A stretch of 64,000 nt of DNA from Candidatus Magasanikbacteria bacterium RIFCSPHIGHO2_02_FULL_48_18 (GTDB taxonomy: Bacteria > Patescibacteriota > Patescibacteriia > Magasanikbacterales > UBA922), in NCBI GenBank assembly GCA_001784285.1, contig MFQC01000011.1, positions 3,640-67,639 of the forward strand, in the 5' to 3' direction. Within the stretch, counting starts at the first letter, position 1. Each line of letters opens with the position of its first letter. Shown here piece by piece: positions 37,988-47,803 of this stretch. The position numbers and the translations under genes were made by a program. The notes under the pieces were generated by a model, which saw nothing but the letters and a program-made list of their open reading frames with translations, ran no database searches and was not told the DNA's origin.

Positions 37988-38380
37988 TTATGACGCTTGA
38001 ACTTTTGTGGCGTCCGGCGCCTTCTTTTTTACCCCGTCATCCACCTCTCCGGAAAGCACAATCGTAATGTGGCTGGTTCTTTTTCGAATGTGCGACGCGC
38101 GACCAAATGCCCGAGGCATCCATCGATACAAAATGGGGCCGCCATCAACAAATGCGGACGAGACGACCAGACTTTCTTTTTTCAAAGCGCTATTTTGAAC
38201 AGCGTTCGCCATTGCGGAGCGCAACAATTTCAATACGGGCGCTGATGCTTTTTTGTTCAAAAATTGCAACTGAACTTCGGCTTCCTTGGCATTCATGCCA
38301 CGAATCACATCGATAATCAAGCGCACCTTTCGCGGGCTCATCCGAAAAAATCTCAATTGTGCTCGTGCGTTTCCTTGCAT
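37988..38380 (-). CDS. rplV: 50S ribosomal protein L22
   Basis: ...RMSPRKVRLIIDVIRGMNAKEAEVQL... Confidence 0.85.
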   Translation of the reverse strand: MQGNARAQLRFFRMSPRKVRLIIDVIRGMNAKEAEVQLQFLNKKASAPVLKLLRSAMANAVQNSALKKESLVVSSAFVDGGPILYRWMPRAFGRASHIRKRTSHITIVLSGEVDDGVKKKAPDATKVQAS

Positions 38381-38407
38381 ACCCTAAAACAAAATCGTAT
38401 AAAATAA

Positions 38408-38701
38408 TTATTTGCTTTCTTCTTTTGATTGGGCCTTTGCCATTTTTCCTCCATGACTCCGGAATGTTCTTGTCGGAGAAAACTCGCCCAATTTGTGACC
38501 CACCATATTTTCTTCCACAAAGATATCCGTAAATGTTCGTCCATTATGGACCAGAAAATGCATACCGACCATATCCGGCGTAATCGTGCTCGCTCGCGCC
38601 CATGTTTTAATAGGCTTGCGGTCTCCCATTTGCAGGGCTTTCCGGACTTTTTCGGCAAGTTTGGAATCAATGTATGGGCCTTTTTTTAAACTTCGGGACA
38701 T
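38408..38701 (-). CDS. rpsS: 30S ribosomal protein S19
   Basis: [15 protein letters not shown]... Confidence 0.9.
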   Translation of the reverse strand: MSRSLKKGPYIDSKLAEKVRKALQMGDRKPIKTWARASTITPDMVGMHFLVHNGRTFTDIFVEENMVGHKLGEFSPTRTFRSHGGKMAKAQSKEESK

Positions 38702-38734
38702 AATACTAAAATTTGCTAAGTATCCTGAGACAAC

Positions 38735-39577
38735 TTATTTCTTCTTTTTTCTTGTTTGAATAATAAATTTATTGCTCCATTTTCCATGTTTTCTGGTTTT
38801 GACACCCAGCGCTTTCTTTCCCCACGGCGTCTTTGGGCCGCCTTTCAATCCAATCGGGTTTGATCCTTCTCCGCCGCCATGCGGGTGATCAACCGGGTTC
38901 ATAACCTTTCCGCGGACGGTTGGCCTCCAGCCTCGGTGGCGCATGCGTCCGGCCTTTCCGATGCGCACCAATTTGTAATCGGAATTCCCCATACTGCCAA
39001 CGGACGCCATGCATTTTTTTTGGATGAGACGAACTTCTCCGGATGGAAGTTTGATCTGCGCATACTCGCCTTCCAGCACCTGGAGTTGCGCCCCAAGTCC
39101 GGCGCCTCGAACCAATTGACCGCCCTTCCCCGGGACCAATTCAATATTATACACAAACAATCCAACGGGGATATGCTCAAGCGGCATGCGGTTGCCTGTT
39201 TTGGCTTCAATTTTTTTCTGCGAAGAAAGAACCACATCGCCAACGCCCAAACCTTTGGGGGCCAACATATATGATTTTTGACCGTTGTGGTACTGAATGA
39301 GCGCAATGCGAGGACCGCGATTGGGATCATATTCTATCGCTTGAACCGTCGCCGGGACATCGTACATGGTTTGCCGGAAATCAATGGTCCGATACAGTTG
39401 TTTGGCGCCGCCGCCGCGATGACGGACCGTGATCTTTCCGGTATTGTTTCGGCCGCTGTGCTTTTTTAATCGGCGAGTCAATGCCTTTTCCGGTTTGCGT
39501 TTTGTGATATCAGAAAAATCCTGCACACTTGATTTGCGTCTTCCGGGCGTTGTGGGTTTGTATTTTTTTATAGGCAT
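38735..39577 (-). CDS. rplB: 50S ribosomal protein L2
   Basis: ...MNPVDHPHGGGEG... Confidence 0.9.
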   Translation of the reverse strand: MPIKKYKPTTPGRRKSSVQDFSDITKRKPEKALTRRLKKHSGRNNTGKITVRHRGGGAKQLYRTIDFRQTMYDVPATVQAIEYDPNRGPRIALIQYHNGQKSYMLAPKGLGVGDVVLSSQKKIEAKTGNRMPLEHIPVGLFVYNIELVPGKGGQLVRGAGLGAQLQVLEGEYAQIKLPSGEVRLIQKKCMASVGSMGNSDYKLVRIGKAGRMRHRGWRPTVRGKVMNPVDHPHGGGEGSNPIGLKGGPKTPWGKKALGVKTRKHGKWSNKFIIQTRKKKK

Positions 39578-39602
39578 ATCGTGCTGTGTTCAGACGTCCA
39601 TT

Positions 39603-40085
39603 TTACACTCCCTCATGAATATGAATAGTTTTGCCTTTTGGGAGAGAAACCACCGCTTTTTTCCAATCGCTACGTTTTCCGCGATTGCGTCCAAAACGCA
39701 ATCGTTTTCCTTCCATGCACAGCATGGAGACTCGCTTTGGCAGAATGCCATACTGCTGTTTTATAGCGAATTTCACATCAATCTTCGTCGCCGAATTTGA
39801 AACCGCAAAAGTATATATACCCTGGCTTTCCGCGAGCGTCGCTTTTTCGCTGATAATAGGGTGGAGTACCACGGTGCGAAACTTCGGTGACTGTTCATGT
39901 GCGGAAACCGTGTCCGATGCGCTCGTGCCAGAAGGCGTTGCCATGCCCGCTTCCTGAGGCGCCGATACTGTCTTTGCATCTGTCTTTTTTTCCGAATCAG
40001 AAGCAGAACTCCGGACAGCCTTGAGTTGTTCTTGTTCTTTCTTTTTTGACCAGCGATTCAGGAGTCCCATAGGATAATAATGCAA
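39603..40085 (-). CDS. rplW: 50S ribosomal protein L23 with about 65-aa low-complexity N-terminal extension (start could instead be 39944)
   Basis: Core ...FRTVVLHPIISEKATLAE...KIDVKFAIKQ. ATG at 40085 is 7 nt after the rplD stop. Confidence 0.75.
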   Translation of the reverse strand: MHYYPMGLLNRWSKKKEQEQLKAVRSSASDSEKKTDAKTVSAPQEAGMATPSGTSASDTVSAHEQSPKFRTVVLHPIISEKATLAESQGIYTFAVSNSATKIDVKFAIKQQYGILPKRVSMLCMEGKRLRFGRNRGKRSDWKKAVVSLPKGKTIHIHEGV

Positions 40086-40091
40086 TGCTGT

Positions 40092-40721
40092 TTATGAGGC
40101 AAAACGTTTTTCCAAGGCGGCAATTCCTTCCTTGGTGGTTATCACATACTGATGGTGCAGTAAATCGCGCACATTCACGTCACTCACTCGTGCTATGTCG
40201 AACGAAGGCACGTTCTGTATGGATTGTTGAAGCATGTGATCGTTGGCCGATGTCAAAAACACTGCGGTTTTTCCTTCCCCGGGCAATCGTTTTCGAAGTC
40301 CGGCCATGGTTTTGGTCTTTCCGTCATTGACGATATCAGACACCACAATCAATGCGCCGTCTTGGACTTTTCCAGATAAACACATCCGGACGGCAAGCGC
40401 ATTCATTTTTTTATTGATTTTTTGTTTATAATTTCGTATGGATAACGGCCCAAACGTTACACCGCCGCCCGCCCAAATGGGCGACCGTGTTGATCCGTGG
40501 CGCGCTCGGCCTGTTCCTTTTTGTTTCCACGGCTTTCGTCCGCCGCCACGAACTTCGCCTCGATCTTTGGTGTCAGCCCACGGCTGTCTCGCGTTTGCTT
40601 CAAGCGCGCGATATACCTGGTGGATCACGGACTTCTTTGGCGCAATGCCAAAAATCGCATCGGAAAGTTCATAATTTCCTTCGGCCGCTCCTGCTTGGTT
40701 GTAGATTGGTACGGTGACCAT
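40092..40721 (-). CDS. rplD: 50S ribosomal protein L4
   Basis: ...YELSDAIFG...RGGGRKPWKQKGTGRAR... Confidence 0.85.
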   Translation of the reverse strand: MVTVPIYNQAGAAEGNYELSDAIFGIAPKKSVIHQVYRALEANARQPWADTKDRGEVRGGGRKPWKQKGTGRARHGSTRSPIWAGGGVTFGPLSIRNYKQKINKKMNALAVRMCLSGKVQDGALIVVSDIVNDGKTKTMAGLRKRLPGEGKTAVFLTSANDHMLQQSIQNVPSFDIARVSDVNVRDLLHHQYVITTKEGIAALEKRFAS

Positions 40722-40743
40722 AAAGAAATAACAAAAGGAAATC

Positions 40744-41391
40744 CTATATTTCAATATCTCCCTGTGTCGTCGAGATCAAGACGAGTCCGCCTCGAGCGCC
40801 CGGAATCGCTCCTTTAATCAAGAGCTCATGGTCGTCTGGACGAACTTCCACCACTTCCAAATTCTTCACCGTCACCCGGTCATCCCCCATGTGTCCGGCC
40901 ATGCGGATGCCTTTAAACACCCGCTGGGGACCGGTTGAGCCAATACTTCCCGGCATGCGAAGCTGATCTTTGTGACCATGGGTGGCGAGCGATCCGGCAA
41001 ATTTGTGGCGTTTGACAACGCCTTGAAACCCTTTTCCTTTTGATTGGCCAACCACCTTCACTTTTTCACCTGGCTCAAAAATTTGTACCGTATATACTTG
41101 GCCTTTTTGCAATGGAGATTCTTGCGGCACTCGAAAATCACGCACATATCGGACGGTAACAGCCTTATCTCCAAATGGAATTCCTTTGAAATGTCCTTTT
41201 TGCGCTTTTGGAACGCGAAAAATTTTTTGTGTTCCAAAACCAATTTGTACGGCGTGAACTCCGTCTTTTCCTTCGTGCTTTACTTGGGTCACGACACATG
41301 GGCCAGCCTGAACGCGCGTGACCGGAACAACCGTGCCGTCGGGTCGAAATACCTGTGTCATGCCAATTTTTTTTCCAAGAATAAATTTCAT
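40744..41391 (-). CDS. rplC: 50S ribosomal protein L3
   Basis: MKFILGKKIGMTQVF... Confidence 0.9.
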   Translation of the reverse strand: MKFILGKKIGMTQVFRPDGTVVPVTRVQAGPCVVTQVKHEGKDGVHAVQIGFGTQKIFRVPKAQKGHFKGIPFGDKAVTVRYVRDFRVPQESPLQKGQVYTVQIFEPGEKVKVVGQSKGKGFQGVVKRHKFAGSLATHGHKDQLRMPGSIGSTGPQRVFKGIRMAGHMGDDRVTVKNLEVVEVRPDDHELLIKGAIPGARGGLVLISTTQGDIEI

Positions 41392-41439
41392 ACGAAACCA
41401 GGATATCGCTCAAAATGCTCAGACTTCTTCTCTTGATAC

Positions 41440-41518
41440 AAAAAACTAGAAAGAAAAAACACATGATGGAGAACCGAATGCGTGAAGCAGTGGAACACAA
41501 TGTGTCTTTTCTTTCTAG
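41440..41518 (-). terminator. Attenuator/terminator-like hairpin (19-bp stem, 1 mismatch, 35-nt loop) plus U6 in the rpsJ-rplC leader
   Basis: ctagaaagaaaaaacacat (41446-41464) pairs with atgtgtcttttctttctag (41500-41518). On the minus transcript followed by TTTTTTG, 45 nt before the rplC ATG. Confidence 0.45.
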
Positions 41519-41679
41519 CCTTTATTGGTAAAAAGAAATAGCTTTTGTATATTGAAAAATGTTACACGTTTTTTTCCTTTTTTCCATGATTTTTTCCTCT
41601 CAAATGTTTTCCCCGCAGGGGATCTTATTTGGGTGAAAAAACACGGGATTACAGGCCAAACAGATGTAATTCAGCACCA

Positions 41680-41708
41680 TTGTATACAAGTTGCTGTTGT
41701 TTGTCAAG
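41680..41708 (-). promoter_or_regulatory. Internal sigma70-like promoter TTGACA-17-TACAAT on the minus strand between rpsJ and rplC
   Basis: Reverse complement of 41680-41708 reads CTTGACAaacaacagcaacttgtaTACAAT. Begins about 30 nt after the rpsJ stop. Confidence 0.45.
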
Positions 41709-41739
41709 AACCAAAAAAACCACTCATGCACAGGCGCGT

Positions 41740-42144
41740 TTAACCCATTTTTATTTCCACGTCAACTCCACTCGGTAAATTCAAATTCATCAAGGCGTCA
41801 ATCGCTTTTGGAGAAAGACCATAAATATCAATAAGACGTTTATGGGTTCTCATTTCGTATTGCTCTTGAGCCGTTTTGTGAATAAATGTCGCTCGGTTAA
41901 CACTAAATTTATTTTTTTCAATTGGAAGAGGGACGGGGCCGACAACCTTGGCATTATGGCGCTCCGCGGTTTCCACGATCGTCTTCGTGGCGCTGTCAAT
42001 GATTTTGTGGTCGTACGCGCGGATTTTAATGCGAACACGAGGGCCGGCATCATCCTGTGTTTTTGAATGCGGAACAGGTGTTTTTATTTTCGGCGCCTGC
42101 GTTGTGTCTTGGTCGACATCGACTTTCTTCGTCTCGGTTGTCAT
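41740..42144 (-). CDS. rpsJ: 30S ribosomal protein S10 with about 35-aa N-terminal extension
   Basis: Core RVRIKIRAYDHKIIDSATKTIVETAERHNAKVVGPVPLP... No alternative in-frame start near the core. Confidence 0.8.
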   Translation of the reverse strand: MTTETKKVDVDQDTTQAPKIKTPVPHSKTQDDAGPRVRIKIRAYDHKIIDSATKTIVETAERHNAKVVGPVPLPIEKNKFSVNRATFIHKTAQEQYEMRTHKRLIDIYGLSPKAIDALMNLNLPSGVDVEIKMG

Positions 42145-42165
42145 ACGAAAGAAAAATGAACAAAT

Positions 42166-42187
42166 CCCCCCTCTCGCGAGAGGGGGG
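42166..42187 (-). terminator. 22-nt perfect GC palindrome (CCCCCCTCTCGCGAGAGGGGGG) between tuf and rpsJ; partial terminator or processing site
   Basis: Perfect palindrome followed on the minus strand by ATTTGTTCATTTTT. Confidence 0.4.
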
Positions 42188-42197
42188 ACATCAAATA

Positions 42198-43391
42198 TTA
42201 TTTAAGAATTTTGGTTACCACGCCAGCGCCAACGGTTCGTCCGCCCTCACGAATGGCAAAACGCATTTTTTCTTCCATGGCGACAGGGACAATCAACTTG
42301 ATAATCAAATTGACGGTGTCTCCCGGCATGACCATTTCCGTGCCTTGCGGCAAAGTCACATCCCCTGTGACATCGGTTGTTCGAATGTAAAACTGAGGCT
42401 TATAGCCGGAAAAGAATGGTTTGTGGCGTCCGCCTTCTTCTTTTGTTAACGAATAGACTTCGGCTTCAAATTCGGTATGAGGAGTAATGGTTCCCGGTTT
42501 CGCCAATACTTGTCCTCGCTGTACTTCCTCTTTTTTGGTGCCGCGAAGCAGGACGCCTGCGTTATCTCCCGCCTGGCCCTGATCTAGACTCTTGTTAAAC
42601 ATTTCAATGCCCGTGACCGTGGTTTTTGCCACTTCGGCTCCCATGCCGACAATTGCAACTTCATCTCCAATTTTTACCACACCGCGTTCAACACGGCCAG
42701 TGACGACGGTGCCGCGCCCTTCGATGGAAAATACATCCTCAATCGGCATAAGGAAGTCCTTGTCCAAAGCACGTTGCGGCTCTGGAATATATTCATCCAA
42801 TGTCTTCAAAAGATCCAAAATAGGCTTTGACGCGGCGTCATCGTTTGGATTTTCCAACGCCTTCAGCGCAGAACCGCGAATAATTGGCGTGGTGTCTCCG
42901 GGAAATTCATATTTTTTCAACAAATCCCGGATTTCTTCTTCCACCAAATCGATGAGCTCTGGGTCAGACACCTGATCCACTTTGTTCAAAAAGACAACAA
43001 TATACGGGACACCAACCTGGCGAGCAAGGAGAATGTGCTCACGGGTTTGAGGCATTGGGCCATCGGCCGCGGAAACAACCAAAATAGCGCCGTCCATCTG
43101 CGCCGCGCCGGTGATCATGTTTTTTACATAATCGGCATGACCCGGACAGTCAACGTGGGCATAGTGCCGGTTTTCGGTTTGGTATTCGACATGAGCGGTT
43201 GCAATGGTAATTCCTCGCGCTCTTTCCTCCGGCGCTGAATCGATCTCTGAAACACTTTTTGTTTGTGCGACAAGACCATGCGCGCCAGCAACTTTTAAGA
43301 TTGAGGCGGTCAACGTTGTCTTCCCATGGTCAACGTGACCAATGGTACCGACGTTTATATGCGGTTTTGTTCGTTGGAATTGCTCTGCCAT
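42198..43391 (-). CDS. tuf: Elongation factor Tu
   Basis: [29 protein letters not shown]... Confidence 0.95.
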   Translation of the reverse strand: MAEQFQRTKPHINVGTIGHVDHGKTTLTASILKVAGAHGLVAQTKSVSEIDSAPEERARGITIATAHVEYQTENRHYAHVDCPGHADYVKNMITGAAQMDGAILVVSAADGPMPQTREHILLARQVGVPYIVVFLNKVDQVSDPELIDLVEEEIRDLLKKYEFPGDTTPIIRGSALKALENPNDDAASKPILDLLKTLDEYIPEPQRALDKDFLMPIEDVFSIEGRGTVVTGRVERGVVKIGDEVAIVGMGAEVAKTTVTGIEMFNKSLDQGQAGDNAGVLLRGTKKEEVQRGQVLAKPGTITPHTEFEAEVYSLTKEEGGRHKPFFSGYKPQFYIRTTDVTGDVTLPQGTEMVMPGDTVNLIIKLIVPVAMEEKMRFAIREGGRTVGAGVVTKILK

Positions 43392-43593
43392 ACAACGAAA
43401 ACGTGGCCGCGCCAAATCGAGTGGTCGATTCAGTTTTGTAATCCAGCGGCGTTTTTTTAAATAAAATAAAAAATATTCTATGGAAAAAATAGCTTCTCTT
43501 TTGGATAACTAAAAAAAGAAAATGCGTGATGATTATAAAGAAAAAATGAAAATTCGTCAAGTGGCACCCCTGGGGATAGCGGCGCCGCGCATC

Positions 43594-44100
43594 CTAGAGC
43601 GGCTCTTCCAAAAAAACCGGCTCATCATCGTCAAGCGGTTCATTTGGCGCCGTAAACATGACGTTAGAAGCGTGCGCCCCCGCTTCCTCTCTGATGGGAG
43701 AAAGCGACGTGTGTTCATCGAAAGAACCGGAAGAGGCCATGCTCGCCATGCTTGACGCCGTTTCCTCATGAGACGCGCGACTGTCAGTTTCCGGTAGAGA
43801 CCGTTCGGGATACTGCCGTTCCAAAACATCTTTCGTCTGCACCCATGTGCCTTCTTCTTGTTCTTTTTGGGTTCTCCAAAGCGCAATATCACGATTGATC
43901 CGATCAATAAATTCATCGCTCGATAATCCTCGAATATCTTCTTTCCGCGCAAAAGAAACATCCGGCGCGCCGCGCTGGTCCAACAGCGCCTCATAGTCAT
44001 CAACATCCAAAAGAACAATATCCCGTCCATTGAAAGGGTCATGAACCACGAGACGGTCGCCCGTTCGTTGGGCAAGATCGATAAGTCGTTCGAGAGACAT
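43594..44100 (-). CDS. Hypothetical protein with acidic C-terminal half
   Basis: MSLERLIDLAQRTGDRLVVHDPFNGRDIVLLDVDDYEALLD... N-terminus loosely reminiscent of Phd/YefM-type antitoxin fold (weak). Confidence 0.4.
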   Translation of the reverse strand: MSLERLIDLAQRTGDRLVVHDPFNGRDIVLLDVDDYEALLDQRGAPDVSFARKEDIRGLSSDEFIDRINRDIALWRTQKEQEEGTWVQTKDVLERQYPERSLPETDSRASHEETASSMASMASSGSFDEHTSLSPIREEAGAHASNVMFTAPNEPLDDDEPVFLEEPL

Positions 44101-44178
44101 ATAAAAAAAGAAAAACAAGGACAGACACACGAGAGAGTATATCGTTCTTCCAAGGAAAACGTCAAGGAAAAATGCCAC

Positions 44179-44201
44179 AAAAAAATTCCCCGGCCGGAGA
44201 A
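44179..44201 (-). terminator. Intrinsic terminator downstream of 16S rRNA (no 23S/5S follows)
   Basis: Minus strand TTCTCCGGCCGGGGAA hairpin followed by TTTTTTT. Confidence 0.5.
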
Positions 44202-45390
44202 TTTTTGATGTATTTCACGATACAAATGTGACAAGAAACCAAGAGCATCTATTTTCTGATAATTTCATCCTGTACCAAGGATGATTTCCCCGACTACGTC
44301 GGGAAATCGACTGAAGGTCACCCCGCTTTCGCGGGGAGTTTCTCCAGAAAGGAGGTGATCCATCCACAGCTTCCGCTACGGATGCCTTGTTACGACTTTA
44401 CCCTGATTACTGACCTCACCTTGGTCCCCTTGCGGAGCCTTCGGGTGCTGCCAACTTTCGTGGTATGACGGGCGGTGAGTACAAGACCCGAGAACGTATT
44501 CAACGCGCCGTAGCTGATGCGCGTTTACTAGTAAATCCAGCTTCATGAAGACGAGTTGCAGCCTTCAATCCGTACTGAGACCAGTTTTTTGGGATTAGCT
44601 CCGCCTTGCGACTTGGCAACCCTTTGTACTGATCATTGTATCATGTGTGTAGCCCTGGACGTAAGAGCCATGCTGATTTGACGTCGTCCCCACCTTCCTC
44701 CCGGTTGCCCGGGCAGTCCCCCGAGTACATTTAACTCAGGGCAAGGGTTGCGCTCGTTACCCCACTTAAGGGTACACCTCACGGCACGAGCTGACGGCAA
44801 CCATGCAGCACCTATCGAGCACCTTCGAAAGCGTCCCCGATTTCTCGGGGCTTGCAGCTCGTAGTTGAGCCCAGGTAAGGTTCGCCGCGTACCATCGAAT
44901 TAAACCACATGATCCTCTACTTGTGCGGGTCCCCGTCTATTCCTTTGAGTTTTAACCTTGCGATCGTACTCCCCAGGTGGCGCACTTAACGCGTTTGCTT
45001 TTTTAAACGGCACTGAGAGGGTCGATACTCCCAATACCTAGTGCGCATTGTTTAGGGCGTGGACTACTGGGGTATCTAATCCCATTCGCTCCCCACGCTT
45101 TCGTCCATGAGTGTCAGGCACGTTCCAGCAAGCTGCCTTCGCCTTTGGTGTTCCTATCGATATCAGCGCTTATTACGACTACACCGATAGTTCCGCTTGC
45201 CTATCCCGGCCTCAAGTGAATCAGTATTGACAGCAGTCCCGATGTTAAGCATCGGGATTTAACCACCAACTTGATTTACCACCTGCGGACGCTTTACACC
45301 CAATAAATCCGGACAACGTTTGAGGTCTCTGTATTACCGCTGCTGCTGGCACAGAGTTAGCAACCTCTTATTCATGTGGTACCGTCACAA

Positions 45391-45700
45391 CCCCACACCT
45401 TTTATGCTTCATTAATGCTGTTCAAAATTCGCTTTTTCAATTGCGCGTACCCTTTTGCGAATTGCTTCAATCTCTTTTCCCGAATTTCAGCATCTTTCCA
45501 CGAAAGATATGCTTCGTAGTACACCAGTTTCAGTGGCCGGCGATATGCTGTTGATTTCGTTTTGCCATCAGTATGTTCCTGAAATCGTCTGCGCAAATCA
45601 TCGGTAACACCAATGTACAATTGTGCATCTTTCATGCTTTTGAGAATGTATACATAATACATAGTATCGAAGTATACCATAAAGCATAAAAGGTGTGGGG
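45391..45700 (-). mobile_element. ORF-bearing insertion within 16S rRNA bounded by perfect 19-bp inverted repeats (CCCCACACCTTTTATGCTT / AAGCATAAAAGGTGTGGGG)
   Basis: Arms at 45391-45409 and 45682-45700 would extend a 16S helix. The 272 nt between them is essentially all ORF. Confidence 0.6.
45402..45680 (-). CDS. GIY-YIG nuclease, YhbQ/COG2827-like (URI domain), encoded inside the 16S insertion
   Basis: YYVYILKSMKDAQLYIGVTDDLRRRFQEH...KLVYYE...REKRLK matches the GIY-YIG/URI signature. In-frame start alternatives at 45713, 45680, 45662. Confidence 0.6.
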   Translation of the reverse strand: MVYFDTMYYVYILKSMKDAQLYIGVTDDLRRRFQEHTDGKTKSTAYRRPLKLVYYEAYLSWKDAEIREKRLKQFAKGYAQLKKRILNSINEA

Positions 45701-46726
45701 ATTCTTCCCACATAAAAGCAGTTTACACCCCGAAGGGCGTCTTCCTGCACGCGGCGTCGCTCCGTCAGCCTTTCGGCCATTGCGGAATATTCTTGACTGC
45801 AGCCTCCCGTAGGAGTCTGGGCAGTATCTCAGTCCCAGTGAGGCAGGTCACGCTCTCACGCCTGCTACTGATCGGTGCCTTGGTAGGCCATTACCCTACC
45901 AACAAGCTAATCAGACATAGGCCCCTCTCCGAGCCAAAAAAGATTTACATGGGAATGTCATACGACCCCCCATGACCATCGGGTATTAATCCACCTTTCG
46001 GTGGGCTATGCCCGTCTCGGAGGCAGGTTACCAGTGTGTTACTCACCCGTTTGCCGCTAGATTCCGACCGAAATCGGAACCACGCTCGACTTGCATGCCT
46101 TAGACACGCCGCCAACGTTCGTCCTGAGCCAGGATCAAACTCTCAATAAAGAGATGAGCGAAGCGAGTCCTTTATTGAGCCCTGAGCACACTCCGACAAA
46201 GTCGGAGGGCGAAGGGCCATTTGGACTCACATACGTTCATCAGTTGTTGTCTCTCGACAACAGAAGAGTTCACCTTTTTTGATTGCTCAAAAAAGATATG
46301 CTCAAAATTTGGATAATAGACGTCTTTGTCTTTCTTTTTACAGAAAGACCGGTTCTTGTCACATTTGTATTGTGAATGTTGTGGTAAATTGTAACGAACA
46401 TTCTTCCGCTAGAAAGAAAAAAGAGAAACCTTTTTATTCCCAGTGTTCTGTTCAATATCTGCAGATAGAAGATCTACACCATACGGACACAAGACGGGAC
46501 AACGGTTGCTCTTTTTTCTTCCCAGTTCCCCGATGTCCATCGGGGCTTGAGAAAAGTATAGATTGTTATGGTATAGAACCGAGCATGAGTATATAGGGAG
46601 CGCTTTTCTTTGTCAAGGGCGTTTCTTGTGGAGAAGGTGGGGATAAAATACGGGAACAAAAACAACATGAGCCAAAGGGTTTCCTTCAGCTCGTTTTACC
46701 TCCTTTGTATATGATTTTTTTTCTTT

Positions 46727-47803
46727 TCATCGTGCTGCCGTGACGACAGTCACGATCTTTGCTCCGGCCTGGCCTCTTTGCGCCTGCCGCTCGGCAATCC
46801 TCATGGCAATAAACATGTTCGCGCCCGCGGATTCAACCGCGGAGATCCCATGTTTGCTCAGAGCCAGGACACCCTGAGCCGCCTGCTCATCCGTAATGAT
46901 CTCTACCCGCGTCAGCTTCCGAAGATGCTTGAGGATGAGCTTTGTCGGGTTGCCAACCCCGAGGCCCTCAATGCCGAGAGTTCCGCTCATGTCTGCCGGA
47001 AAGTCGACGGTGATATCGAACCACCCATCCGGATCTGCCTCCGGAAAGCAGGTGAGTTTCGTGACCATCCCGGCGTTGCGGTATTGAACGAGAGCCCGTT
47101 CAATCGCCGCTCGCTCTTTCTCAAACCCTTGCCCTTTGACGCGCAGATACGCGTGCCACAGAGACAGGGTTGACCCAACGCCCTCGAGCCCGATGATCTT
47201 AATTCCGGGATAGAGCTGCCGCGCTCCATAACTGAGTCCGAACAGTGTCCCACCGGTTCCCACACCGGCGACAAGATGCGTGGGTGGAGTGCCATCATTT
47301 TCCAACTCTTCGTCGATCCGGAGTCCGAGAGTCTGGCACTGGATATCTACGATGAGGGGCTCCTCATGTTGCTCGAGCGGAACATAGGCGGGGTTGTCCC
47401 GCCAGAGTTCCAGCACCGTTCCCTTTCTGCCCTCTTGTCCTTGGCTCCGGGTCGGTCCTGAAACGACGCGGATGCCGCGCGCGAGGAGCCGGTCGCGTAC
47501 ACGCCGGCTCGTCTCCTCGTACACGACAGCGATGACCTCAAGGCGGCGCCGCCGTTCCTGCACGGCCTCGTGCACTGCCGTGACCGTGTTCCCCGCACCC
47601 TGGACAACGAGCGCGCGGGTTTTATGAGTAATCTGTCCTCTGTCGATGGCGAGGGCCACGAGAGCGCGCCCGATTGCCGTTTTCACGCCGGCCGCCAACT
47701 GGTCGGCACGAAACAAAACGATCTCACTTCCCTCGTACGCGATCCTCGTCAGCGGGACCTTTTTGGCCCGCTGATATTCCCTTTCAAGTGTTTTTTCGTA
47801 CAT
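46727..47803 (-). CDS. PLP-dependent enzyme, fold type II (Trp-synthase-beta/cysteine-synthase/threonine-dehydratase superfamily)
   Basis: GVKTAIGRA lysine motif and GVGTGGTLFG phosphate-binding loop. Gene is conspicuously GC-rich compared with neighbours. Confidence 0.6.
   Translation of the reverse strand: MYEKTLEREYQRAKKVPLTRIAYEGSEIVLFRADQLAAGVKTAIGRALVALAIDRGQITHKTRALVVQGAGNTVTAVHEAVQERRRRLEVIAVVYEETSRRVRDRLLARGIRVVSGPTRSQGQEGRKGTVLELWRDNPAYVPLEQHEEPLIVDIQCQTLGLRIDEELENDGTPPTHLVAGVGTGGTLFGLSYGARQLYPGIKIIGLEGVGSTLSLWHAYLRVKGQGFEKERAAIERALVQYRNAGMVTKLTCFPEADPDGWFDITVDFPADMSGTLGIEGLGVGNPTKLILKHLRKLTRVEIITDEQAAQGVLALSKHGISAVESAGANMFIAMRIAERQAQRGQAGAKIVTVVTAAR

Larger units (their letters stand above)
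44348..46148 (-). rRNA. rrs: 16S ribosomal RNA, unlinked from 23S, containing an approximately 290-nt insertion in a variable-region hairpin
   Basis: Minus strand begins ...TTGAGAGTTTGATCCTGGCTCAG and ends ...GGATCACCTCCTTT. Internal landmarks ACTCCTACGGGAGGCAGCAG, GTGCCAGCAGCAGCGGTAATAC (one substitution vs universal), TGTACACACCG-like 3' domain. Length about 1800 nt. Confidence 0.9.

Noticed and set aside
45598-45975. Small ORFs 45598-45780 and 45793-45975 within the 16S gene
   Set aside because: They lie in conserved 16S sequence outside the insertion. Chance ORFs in rRNA.
44348-46148. Canonical group I intron interpretation of the 16S insertion
   Set aside because: Only about 20 nt of non-ORF sequence flank the ORF within the insertion. 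No space for a ribozyme core unless it overlaps the coding sequence. Left as an open alternative in findings.
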